From Mobula hypostoma (taxonomy: Eukaryota): a stretch of 64,000 bases of DNA. The stretch is from assembly GCF_963921235.1 (NCBI RefSeq), contig NC_086109.1, positions 24,616,001 through 24,680,000 of the forward strand. The letters run 5' to 3'. The notes beneath the pieces were generated by a model. The model was not told where the DNA came from, ran no database searches, and saw only the letters and a program-made list of their open reading frames with translations. Both the position numbers and the translations under genes were made by a program. Positions 25,756-37,174 of the stretch are shown here, in pieces. Within the stretch, counting starts at the first letter, position 1. The number at the start of each line of letters is the position of its first letter.

Positions 25756-26398
25756 GAGAAGATGGCGGCGCGACGCAGCACATGCGGCCGCTCCGAAATG
25801 ATATCGGTATTTGTAAGTAGGTACTGTGCACAATCCTGATTTGATGGAGACAAACGTGAGAAGCATGGAGGAACATCTGGAGAAACTTCTGAAATGCCTG
25901 CTTCGCTGCCACTGCTACTGCGCGATCGAGAATCTCCGGAGGGGAAGGCCCCAAATCCTCGGCTTTGCCTACTGCTTGTTGCCAGGGCCGGGGTCGAAGC
26001 GCTCGGCAGAGATGGTACTCGGTGCTTGGTGTCGGAGGGCTGGTCGGAAGCCCAAATTTTTCGGACAGACTCAAGAGTCAGCTGTGGTCGGGTGCTTCCA
26101 GGATGCTGCATCGGTAAGTTTGCGGAGCTGGATGTTCATGGCAGGGAGAGTTTTTCCCTTCTACCGTCTGCGTGAGATGATGGGACTTTCAAGAGAATTT
26201 GAGACTTTTTTTTTACCATGCCCATGGTCTGTTTATCAAATTACGGTATTGCTTTGCACTATTGTAACTGTATATTATAATTATATGGTTTTTGTCAGTT
26301 TTTTTAGTCTTGGTTAGTCTTGTGTTTCTGTGATATCATATTGGAGGAACATTGTATTATTTCTTAATGCATGCATTACTAAATGACAATAAAAGAGG
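25756..26398 (+). mobile_element. ~700-bp non-autonomous retroelement, 5' part (3' part at 30893-30936)
   Basis: Starts gaagatggcggcgcgacgcagc; homologous to 45841-46515 (-); ends in (ctaat)n after the PLE. Confidence 0.85.
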
Positions 26399-26496
26399 CA
26401 AACAACAGGAATTCTGCAGATGCTGGAAATTCAAGCAACACACATCAAAGTTGCTGGTGAACGCAGCAGGCCAAGCAGCATCTATAGGAAGAGGCG

Positions 26497-26534
26497 CAGT
26501 CGACGTTTCAGGCCGAGACCCTTCGTCAGGACTA
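26497..26534 (-). ncRNA. Minimal type I hammerhead ribozyme, intact core
   Basis: 5'-uaguc CUGACGA agggucucggccu GAAAC GUC gacug-3'; stem I uaguc/gacug, palindromic ACGU at stem III. Confidence 0.85.
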
Positions 26535-26824
26535 ACTGAAGGAAGAGTGAGTAAGGGATTTGAAAGCTGGAGGGGGAGGAGGAGATGCAAAATGATAGGA
26601 GAAGACAGGAGGGGGAGGGATAGAGCCGAGAGCTGGACAGGTGATAGGCAAAAGGGGATACGAGAGGATCATGGGACAGGAGGTCCGGGAAGAAAGACGG
26701 GGGGGGTGACCCAGAGGATGGGCAAGAGGTATATTCAGAGGGACAGAGGGAGAAAAAGGAGAGTGAGAGAAAGAATGTGTGCATAAAAATGAGTAACAGA
26801 TGGGGTACGAGGGGGAGGTGGGGC

Positions 26825-29484
26825 CTAGCGGAAGTTAGAGAAGTCAATGTTCATGCCATCAGGTTGGAGGCTACCCAGACGGAATATAAGGTGTTGTTCC
26901 TCCAACCTGAGTGTGGCTTTATCTTTACAGTAGAGGAGACCATGGATAGACATGTCAGAATGGGAATGGGATGTGGAATTAAAATGTGTGGCCACTGGGA
27001 GATCCTGCTTTCTCTGGCGGACAGAGCATAGATGTTCAGCAAAGCGGTCTCCCAGTCTGCGTCGGGTCTCACCAATATATAAAAGGCCACATCGGGAGCA
27101 CTGGACGCAGTATATCACCCCAGTCGACTCACAGGTGAAGTGATGCCTCACCTGGAAGGACTGTTTGGAGCCCTGAATGGTGGTAAGGGAGGAAGTGTAA
27201 GGGCATGTGTAGCACTTGTTCCGCTTACACGGATAAGTGCCAGGAGGGAGATCATTGGGGAGGGATGGGGGGGACGAATGGACAAGGGAGTTGTGTAGGG
27301 AGCGATCCCTGCGGAATGCAGAGAGAGGGGGGGAGGGAAAGATGTGCTTAGTGGTGGGATCCCGTTGGAAGTGGCGGAAGTTACGGAGAATAATATGTTG
27401 GACCCGGAGGCTGGTGGGGTGGTAGGTGAGGACCAGGGGAACCCTATTCCTAGTGGGGTGGTGGGAGGATGGAGTGAGAGCAGATGTACGTGAAATGGGG
27501 GAGATGCATTTAAGAGCAGAGTTGATAGTGGAGGAAGGGAAGCCCCTTTCTTTAAAAAATGAAGACATCTCCCTCGTCCTAGAATGAAAAGCCTCATCCT
27601 GAGAGCAGATGCGGCGGAGACGGAGGAATTGCGAGAAGGGGATGGCGTTTTTGCAAGAGACAGGGTGAGAAGAGGAATAGTCCAGATAGCTGTGAGAGTC
27701 AGTAGGCTTATAGTAGACATCAGTGGATAAGCTGTCTCCAGAGACAGAGACAGAAAGATCTAGAAAGGGGAGGGAGGTGTCGGAAATGAACCAGGTAAAC
27801 TTGAGGGCAGGGTGAAAGTTGGAGGCAAAGTTAATAAAGTCAACGAGTTCTGCATGCGTGCAGGAAGCAGCGCCAATGCAGTCGTCGATGTAGCGAAGGA
27901 AAAGTGGGGGACAGATACCAGAATAGGCACGGAACATAGATTGTTCCACAAACCCAACAAAAAGGCAGGCATAGCTAGGACCCATACGGGTGCCCATAGC
28001 TACACCTTTAGTTTGGAGGAAATGGGAGGAGCAAAAGGAGAAATTATTAAGAGTAAGGACTAATTCCGCTAGACGGAGCAGAGTGGTGGTAGAGGGGAAC
28101 TGATTAGGTCTGGAATCCAAAAAGAAGCGTAGAGCTTTGAGACCTTCCTGATGGGGGATGGAAGTATATAAGGACTGGACATCCATGGTGAAAATAAAGC
28201 GGTGGGGGCCAGGGAACTTAAAATCATCGAAAAGTTTAAGAGCGTGAGAAGTGTCACGAACATAGGTCGGAAGGGATTGAACAAGGGGTGATAAAACAGT
28301 GTCGAGGTATGCAGAAACGAGTTCGGTGGGGCAGGAGCAAGCTGAGACAATAGGTCGGCCAGGACAGGCAGGTTTGTGGATCTTGGGTAGGAGGTAGAAA
28401 CGGGAAGTGCGGGGTGTGGGAACTATAAGGTTGGTAGCAGTGGATGGGAGATCCCCTGAGCGGATAAAGTCGTTGATAGTGTGGGAGACAATGGCCTGGT
28501 GCTCCTTAGTGGGGTCACGATCGAGGGGTAAATAAGAGGAGGTATCCACGAGTTGTCGCTGTGCCTCGGCAAGGTAGAAGTCAGTACGCCAGACTACAAC
28601 AGCACCCCCTTTATCAGCGGGTTTAATAATAATGTTAGGATTAGTGCGGAGGGAGTGGAGAGCAGAGTGTTCGGAAGGAGTGAGGTTGGAATGGGGACAA
28701 GGTGCGGTGAAGTCGAGACGGTTGATGTCCCGTCGGCAGTTGGCAATAAAGAGATCCAGAGCAGGCAGAAGACCAGAGCGGGGTGTCCATAAAGAAGAGG
28801 AGGGTTGAAGACGAGAGAAGGGGTCATCGGTGGGGGTGGAAGAGTCCTTGCCGAAGAAGTAGGCTCGGAGACGGAGACGGCGGAAGAAAAGTTCCGCATC
28901 GTGGCGAACACGGAACTCGCTGAGGTGTGGGCGAAGGGGGACAAACGTGAGGCCTTTACTGAGAACAGAGCGTTCTGCCTCCGACAGTTGAAGGTCGGAG
29001 GGGATGGTAAAGACCCGGCACGGATGAGAGCTGGGATCAGAGGGGGGAGAGGGGAGGCTGGTGGTGTCAGTGGAGAGGAGAGGGTTGGGGTGAGAGGAAG
29101 ATGGAGCCTCTGAGGGCCCAGGAGCTGACGGTGGGATCTGAGGAAGACGGGGCTGCGGAGTGGTGGTGGGGGAAGGGGAAACAGGAGTCACAATAGCAGC
29201 ACATAAAGACCCGGCCTGGAGTTCAAAGCTGGAGTTGCAGTTGGTGGTTGCGTAATCACTTCGAATGTCTCCATGGTCGTTGCTGGAGTCCGGGTTTTGA
29301 ATATGTCCTGAGGTGTTGGAGCCGCCGAGATCAATGGCAGGGGCCGCAATTGAAAGTTCATGCCTGCTAGCGTCGGGGCCGGCAGGCTCTGGAGTCCGTA
29401 GATGTAAGATCTTGCGATCTTTGCCTAACATGACAAAGTCAAAAAAACGGCGATTGCAGGCATGGATCCGACGGAGGATGAAAT
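26825..29484 (-). CDS. PLE reverse transcriptase + GIY-YIG endonuclease (Neptune-like), uninterrupted but 5'-truncated at the inversion junction
   Basis: VLSKGLTFVP, IIIKPADKGGAVVVW, FYLLPKIHK..PGRPIVS, MDVQSLYTSIP, GVAMGTRMGPSYACLF, RYIDD, FLDLSV, Cys linker PCKRNKCYTC, VIYCVQCSRCGLLYIGETRRRLGDRFAEH, EQHLIFRLGSLQPDGMN. Confidence 0.93.
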
Positions 29485-30494
29485 TTAACTTTGCCTCCAA
29501 CTTTCACCCTGCCCTCAAGTTTACCTGGTCCATTTCCGACACCTCCCTCCCCTTTCTAGATCTTTCTGTCTCTGTCTCTGGAGGCAGCTTATCCACTGAT
29601 GTCTACTATAAGCCTACTGACTCTCACAGCTATCTGGACTATTCCTCTTCTCACCCTGTCTCTTGCAAAAACGCCATCCCCTTCTCGCAATTTCTCCGTC
29701 TCCGCCGCATCTGCTCTCAGGATGAGGCTTTTCATTCTAGGACGAGGGAGATGTCTTCATTTTTTAAAGAAAGGGGCTTCCCTTCCTCCACTATCAACTC
29801 TGCTCTTAAACGCATCTCCCCCTTTTCACGTACATCTGCTCTCACTCCATCCTCCCACCACCCCACTAGGAATAGGGTTCCCCTGGTCCTCACCTACCAC
29901 CCCACCAGCCTCCGGGTCCAACATATTATTCTCCGTAACTTCCGCCACCTCCAACGGGATCCCACCACTAAGCACATCTTTCCCTCCCCCCCTCTCTCTG
30001 CATTCCGCAGGGATCGCTCCCTACACAACTCCCTTGTCCATTCGTCCCCCCCATCCCTCCCCAATGATCTCCCTCCTGGCACTTATCCGTGTAAGTGGAA
30101 CAAGTGCTACACATGCCCTTACACTTCCTCCCTTACCACCATTCAGGGCCCCAAACAGTCCTTCCAGGTGAGGCATCACTTCACCTGTGAGTCGACTGGG
30201 GTGATATACTGCGTCCGGTGCTCCCGATGTGGCCTTTTATATATTGGTGAGACCCGACGCAGACTGGGAGACCGCTTTGCTGAACATCTACGCTCTGTCC
30301 GCCAGAGAAAGCAGGATCTCCCAGTGGCCACACATTTTAATTCCACATCCCATTCCCATTCTGACATGTCTATCCACGGCCTCCTCTACTGTAAAGATGA
30401 AGCCACACTCAGGTTGGAGGAACAACACCTTATATTCCGTCTGGGTAGCCTCCAACCTGATGGCATGAACATTGACTTCTCTAACTTCCGCTAG
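29485..30494 (+). CDS. Inverted duplicate of the PLE RT thumb + GIY-YIG coding region (open frame)
   Basis: Near-identical to the C-terminal ~335 aa of the minus-strand ORF. Confidence 0.8.
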
Positions 30495-30787
30495 GCCCCA
30501 CCTCCCCTCGTACCCCATCTGTTACTCATTTTTATGCACACATTCTTTCTCTCACTCTCCTTTTTCTCCCTCTGTCCCTCTGAATATACCTCTTGCCCAT
30601 CCTCTGGGTCACCCCCCCCCCCCGTCTTTCTTCCCGGACCTCCTGTCCCATGATCCTCTCGTATCCCCTTTTGCCTATCACCTGTCCAGCTCTTGGCTCT
30701 ATCCCTCCCCCTCCTGTCTTCTCCTATCATTTTGCATCTCCCCCTCCCCCTCCAACTTTCAAATCCCTTACTCACTCTTCCTTCAGT

Positions 30788-30825
30788 TAGTCCTGACAAA
30801 GGGTCTCGGCCTGAAACGTCGACTG
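30788..30825 (+). ncRNA. Minimal hammerhead with core mutation (CUGACAA, G>A at 30798)
   Basis: tagtc-ctgacaa-agggtctcggcct-gaaac-gtc-gactg. Confidence 0.75.
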
Positions 30826-30892
30826 CGCCTCTTCCTATAGATGCTGCTTGGCCTGCTGCGTTCACCAGCAACTTTGATGACAATAAAAGAGG

Positions 30893-30936
30893 ACTGTGTG
30901 TCCTCATAATGTAATCTAATCTAATCTAATCTAATC
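30893..30936 (+). mobile_element. 3' end and (ctaat)n tail of the non-autonomous element split by the PLE
   Basis: actgtgtgtcctcataat..ctaatctaatctaatc matches the reverse complement of 45841-45872. Confidence 0.9.
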
Positions 30937-31019
30937 ACCTTTTCTCTAAATCAAAGGTGTAATAATGGGAATTCACATAGTTCTGACTATAACTATCCTT
31001 GCTGGTTAAGTGGTAAAGT

Positions 31020-31900
31020 ATTGGTTTCAGTTAGACTCAGTGCACCTCCACACCTCTTTTCCCAAGTACTTTCATGGCTGAGTTGATGCTGCCTCCTGCA
31101 CTCAGAAGGAATTTGAAGATTTAGTTAGCTTTGCTGCATACTCCCATCTTGCCCACATGGCCCATTATCAGACTCATGCCTTCCATGATTAATCTACCTC
31201 CATCTCAGCAGATTGATTAGCCATCATTATTCATGACAAGCCCATTCTTCCTTCCACTCTCCCAGTTCATCAATTCCATTGTATCTGCTCTGAAGATGAA
31301 TCTTTCCAAACTGGTGCTTCTGAGAGGACTTTGTTTTCCCTAAATGTGGATTCTCCTCTTCTATCATTGACATGGTTCTTAGCTGTGTCTGTTCTATTTC
31401 CTGTACTTCTGATCTCATCCTTTCTCTTCCCAGCAAGAACAAAGATAGGTTCCCCTTGCCCTTGCCTTCCACCTCAGCAGCCTTAACATTTCCATCATTC
31501 TAATGGATTCTGTCACAACATTAGGTTCTCCTTTATCTTTTTACAGCATTCTGAAGGTTTTAGTCCCTCCACAACTCCCTGGTTTACTCTTCCATCCTTA
31601 ACATCCACTACATCTACTATAACACTTGCCTATGCATGCCTTTTACATTTATCATACTCACCATCCAGGGACCAAGCAAGCAGTAATTACTGCTACCAAG
31701 TAAGCAGTAATTCATTTGCACTTATTTTGGTTTAGTCTATTATCGTCACTGCTCAAAATGTGATGTCCATTTGAATTTACCACATGCAGATTGAATATTG
31801 CATTGCAGAACATTTCCATTCAATACAATGCTGATGTTCCTGTTGCATGTTTTAATTACTCATTCCATTTCCAATTAATGTCTCTTTGGTCCATTATATG
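31020..31900 (+). mobile_element. Old, highly decayed PLE (continues at ~35750-35810 after the CR1)
   Basis: atctgctctgaagatgaatctttcca; gataggttccccttgcccttgccttccacctcagcagcct; ttgcagaacatttccattca, collinear with 29500-30390. Confidence 0.7.
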
Positions 31901-31902
31901 AT

Positions 31903-34900
31903 TAGAAACATAGAAAACCTACAGCACAATACAGACCCTTCGCCCCACAAAGTTGTGCCGAACATGTCCCTACCTTAGAAATTACTAGGCTTACCTATAG
32001 CCCTCTATTTTACTAAGCTCCATGTACCTATCCAAAAGTCTCTTAAAAGACCCTATCGTATCTGCCTCCACCATCATTGCCGGCACCCCATTCCAAGCAC
32101 TCAACACTTTCTGCATAAAAAACTTACCCCTGACATCTCCTCTGTATCTACATCTACTCCCCAGCACCTTAAACCTGTGTCCTCTTGTGGGAACCATCTC
32201 AGCCCTGGGAAAAAGCCTCTGACTATCCACACGATCAATGCCTCTCATCATCTTATACACCTCTATCAGGTCACCTCTCATCCTCTGTCAGTTCAAGGAG
32301 AAAAGACCGAGTTCACTCAACCTTTCATAAGGCATGCTCCCCAATCCAGGCAACGTCCTTGTAAATCTCCTCTGCACCCTTTCTATGGCTTCCACATCCT
32401 TCCTGTAGTGAGTAGACCAGAATGGAGCACAGTACTCCAAGTAAGGCCTGACCAGGGTCCTATAGAGCTGCAATATTACCTCTCACCTCCTAAATTCAAT
32501 TCCACAATTGATGAAGGCCAATATACTGTATGCCTTCTTAAACACAGAGTCAACCTGCACAGCTGCTTTGAGCATTCTATGGACTCGGACCCCAAGATCC
32601 CTCTGATCCTCCACACTGCCAAGAGTCTTACCATTAATACTATATTCTGCCATCGTATTTGGCCTATCAAAATGAACCACCTCACATCAATCTGGGTTGA
32701 ACTCCATCTGCCACTTCTCAGACCAGTTTTGCATCCTATCAATTCTCGCTGTAACCTCTGACAGCCCTCCACACCATCTACAACACCCCCAACCTTTGTG
32801 TTATCAGCAAACTTACTAACCCATCCCTCCACTTCCTCATCCAGGTCACTTATAAAAATCACAAAGAGTAAGGGTCCCAGAACAGATCCCTGAGGCACAC
32901 CACTGGTCACCGACCTCCATGCAGAATATGACCCGTCTACAACCACTCATTGCCTTCTGTGGGCAAACCAGTTCTGGATCTACAAAGCAATGTCCCCTTG
33001 TATCCCATGCCTCCTTACTTTCTCAATAAGCCTTGCATGGGGTAACTTATCAAATATCTTGCTGAAATCCATATACACTACATCTACTGTTCTTCCTTCA
33101 TCAATATGTTTAGTCACATCCTCAAAAAATTCAATCAGGCTCATAAGGCACGATCTGCCCTTGAGAAAGCCATGCTGACTATTCCTAATCATATTATATC
33201 TATCCAAATGTTCATAAATCCTGCCTCTCAGGGTCTTCTCCATCAACTTACCAACCACTGAAGTAAGACTCACTGGTCTATAATTTCCTGGGCTATCTCT
33301 ACTCCCTTTCTTGAATAAGGGAACAACATCTGCAACCCTACAATCCTCCGGAACCTCTCCCATCCTCATTGATGATGCAAAGATCATCGCCTGAGAATCA
33401 GCAATCTCCTCCCGCGCCTCCCACAGTAGTCTGGGGTACATCTCATCTGGCCCCGGCGACTTATCCAACTTGATGCTTTCCAAAAGCTCCAGCACATCCT
33501 CTTTCTTAATATCTACATGCTCAAGCTTTTCAGTCCACTGCAAGTCATCACTACAATCACCAAGATCCCTCTCCATAGTGAATACTGAAGTAAAGTATTC
33601 ATTAAATACCTCTGCTATTTCTTCCGGTTCCATACACACTTTCCCACTGTCACAATTGATAGATCCTATTCTTTCACATTTTATCTTCTTGCTCTTCGCA
33701 TTCTTGTAGAATGCCTTGGGGTTTTCCTTAATCCTGCCCACCAAGGCCTTCTCATGGCCCCTTCAGGCTCTCCTAATTTCCTTCTTCAGCTCCTTCCTGC
33801 TAGCCTTATAATCTTCTAGATCTCTAACATTACTTTGTTTTTTTGAACCTTTCGTAAGCTCTTCTTTTCTTCTTGAGTAGATTTATCACAGCCTTTGTAC
33901 ATCACAGTTCCTGTACCCTGCCATAGATTCCCTATCTCACTGGAACGTACCTATGCAGAACTCCACACAAATATCCCCTGAACATTTGCCACATTTCTTC
34001 CATACTTTTCCCTAAGAACATCTGTTCCCAATTTAAGCTTCCAATTTCCTGTCTGATAGCCTCATTATTCTGCTTACTCCAATTAAATGCTTTTCTAACT
34101 TGTCTGTTCCTATTTTTCTCTCCAATGCTATTGTAAAGGAGAATTATGATCAATATCTCCAAAATGCTCTCCCACAGAGAGATCTGACACCTGACCAGGT
34201 TCATTTCCCAATACTAAATCAAGTACAGTCTCTCCTCTTGTAGGCTTATCTACATATTGTGTCAAGAAGCCTTCCTGAACACACCTAACAAACTCCACCC
34301 CATCTAAACCCCTTGCTCTAGGGAGATGCCAATCGATATTTGGGAAATTAAAATCTCCCATCACGACAACTCTGTTATTATTACACCTTTCCAAGATCTA
34401 TTTCCCTATCTGCTCCTCGATATCCCTGTTACTGTTGGGCGGCCTATAAAAAACACCCAGTAAAGTTATTGACCCCTTCCTGTTCCTAACCTCCACCCAC
34501 AGAGACTCCATAGACAATCCCTCCATGATGTCCACCTTTTCTGCAGCCATGACACTATCTCTGATCAACAGTGCCATGCTCCCACCTTTTCTGCCTCCAT
34601 TCCTATCCTTTCTGAAACATCTAAAATCCGGCACTTGAAGTAACCATTCCTGTCCCTGAACCATCCAAGTCTCTGTAATGGCCACCACATCATAGCTCCA
34701 AGTACTGATCCATGCTCTAAGCTCATCCACTTTGTTCACAATACTCCTTGCGGTAAAATAGACTCATCTCAAACCGTCTGTCTGAGCACGTCCCTTCTCT
34801 ATCACCTGCCTATCCTCCCTCACACACTGTCTCCAAGCTTTCTCTGTTTGTGAGCCAACCACCTCTTTCCCAGTCTCCTCAGTTCTGTTCCCACCCCCCA

Positions 34901-35750
34901 ACAATTCTGATTTAAACTCTCCCCAGTAGCCTCAGCAAACCTCCCCACCAATGATCCAGAAATCTGAATCACTGCCACGCATTTATCCTCCACCTCATTC
35001 TATTCCTCTACTCGCTGTCAAGAGGCACAGGCAGTAATCCCGAGATTATTACCTTTGCGGTCCTGCTTCTCAACTTCCTTCCTAACTCCCTGCAGTCTGT
35101 TTTCAGGACCTCTTCCCTTTTCTACCTATATCATTGGTACCAATATGTACCAAGACCACCGGCTGTTCTTCCTCCCACTGCAGGATATCTTGGACGCGAT
35201 CTGAAACATCTCGGACTCTCGCACCTGGGACGCAAACTACCATCCGAGTTTCTTTCCTTCATCCACAGAATCACCTGTCTGACCCCCTAACTATAGAGTC
35301 CCCTATCACTACTTCCATTCTCTTCCTTTCCCTACCCTTCTGAGCCACAGGGCTGGACTCTGTGCCAGAGACGTGGCCACTGTAGCTTCCCTGGGTAGGC
35401 TGTCCCCCCCTACAGTACTCAAACAGGAGTACTTATTGTTCAGGGGGACAGCCACAGGGGTACTCTCTAGTACCTGACTCTTCCCCTTCCCTCTCCTGAC
35501 TGTGACCCACTTGTCTGTCTCCCTTGGGCCCAGTGTCATCACTTGCCTAGAACTCCTTTCTATCACCGCCTTGCTCTCCCTGACCAGAAGAAGGTCATCG
35601 AGCTGCATCTCCAGTTCCCCAACACGGTACCTTAGGAGTTGCAACTCAACACACCGGGTGCAGATGTGGCCATCCGGGAGGCTGGGACGGCTCCAGGACC
35701 TCCCACATCTGACACCAAGAACAGAAAACCGGCCTCGTACACATAATTCT
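31903..35750 (-). mobile_element. Near full-length CR1 LINE with stops and frameshifts; ORF1 apparently internally deleted
   Basis: ORF1 QLLRYRVGELEMQLDDL..PVAVPLNNKYSCL; APE endonuclease [79 protein letters not shown]; tttctatg-type tail. Confidence 0.92.
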
Positions 35751-35810
35751 CACCAAGCTCAGAATAATGTTTTCACTGTGACAAGTTTAAAGCCTGCTGA
35801 ACTCAATATT

Positions 35811-35988
35811 GAACTCAGCCGGCCAGGCAGCATCTATGGAAAAAGGTATAGTTGACGTTTCGGGCTGAAACCCATCGGGCCAAGACATCAACTGTACTTT
35901 TTTCCATAGATGTTGCTTGGCCTGCTGAGTTCCTCCAGCCTTTTGCGTGTATTGCTCGGATTTTCAGCATCTGCAGATTTTCTCTTGT
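35811..35988. mobile_element. Miniature palindromic PLE derivative (two inverted 3' termini fused inside the hammerhead)
   Basis: gaactcagccggccaggcagcatctatggaaaaaggtatagttgacg pairs with catcaactgtacttttttccatagatgttgcttggcctgctgagttc; flanks tcaatattgaactcag (35803-35818) / tcaatatataactcag (35989-36004). Confidence 0.8.
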
Positions 35989-37174
35989 TCAATATATAAC
36001 TCAGTAAGTTCAGACAACCAGCCTTTCATGTTTGTTTCAGAATTGGCCCATTCTAATGAACGGAAAGCCACAGTTTTTGTTTTGTCTCTTTACAGATGCT
36101 TCCTGAACTGCTGGGTACTTCCAGCATCACGTTTAATTTCTGATCTGCATCTCACAAATCTTGTAGCTTTTTTTTCTGCTCACTGCTCTCATTCATCTCC
36201 CTCTTTTTGCACTTCTCCAAAAAGATCTTCATATCCAAAAATATTTGGATAATCCAAAAAGATTAACACACATTCATCACCTTCTCTTAGATGGCATCAA
36301 CAATATTTGTGATACCCGTATCTCCATCACATCTCCAATGATATCTTTGTTCATTTCATATCCACCTCTATAATCTAAAGCATTGTTTGCTTTCTCAATT
36401 TCCCAGCTCGGATCAAGTTTCAATAACCTGAAACCTTAATTTTGTTTTTCTCTCCACAGATAGTGCCTGACCTGCTGAGTATCCTCAGCTTTTTTTCTGT
36501 TTTTATTTAAGATTCCCAGCACTGATAGATTTTTTTTTGGAATTCAAAAGAAAATATTTTCTTTCCCAAAATTGGCTGGATGGGATTAGCACAACTGGAA
36601 GATTTTCAATAAATCTGAAATGTAAATTTTGGAAAATCCAGTTTAGTTACTGGAAGTGAATGCTCATAAAAGCGAGAGACTTGTAAGTTCAAGTTCAAGA
36701 ACTAACAACAGTCCCAAAGTAACCTGGGAGTGCATAAGTGTGCTCTGCCCTTTGACCATACAGATAACATTACCAGTGGACAAGGTAGGGTCTTCACAAC
36801 TGTGCAACCTAAATGGCTTCAGGAATTGCAAGCATGTCATTGAGACACTTCATAACATGGCTGGCTCAGGACTTGGCTGTGTCATGGGCCAAAATAAACA
36901 CTCAAGTATCCAAATCACACCAACAAATGCTCAGACAGCATACCTTCTCAGAAACTGGCAATGCTCGTGCTCAACTGGTATATGCATTAATCCTTGATTG
37001 CATCAGAACCACACTGACAACAGAATTCTATTGAATGATCTTTCTCATCTATGCACAATAAGAAACTATTTGCAATGACAAAGAACAGATTTTATTTACT
37101 CTCAGTGGCCACTTTATTAGGTACCTCCTGTATGTTCATGGTCTTCTGCTGCTGTTGTCCAACCACTTCACGGT

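Larger units (their letters stand above)
26399..30876. mobile_element. Young Penelope-like element with inverted (head-to-head) structure and 16-bp TSD
   Basis: atgacaataaaagagg at 26383-26398 and 30877-30892; inverted arms 26443-27834 / 29485-30879. Confidence 0.95.

Noticed and set aside
25572..26317. Several overlapping 90-180 aa ORFs
   Set aside because: They lie in a GC-rich non-autonomous repeat, frames are not preserved in the second copy, and no motifs are recognisable
27148..27720. 190-aa ORF, duplicated at 29599-30171
   Set aside because: Alternative frame overlapping the PLE ORF; its duplication simply follows the inverted repeat
29485..29500. Start MEAKLNF of the 891-aa ORF in the track
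   Set aside because: These codons come from the antisense of the inverted arm (TTG start), so they are not the element's real N-terminus
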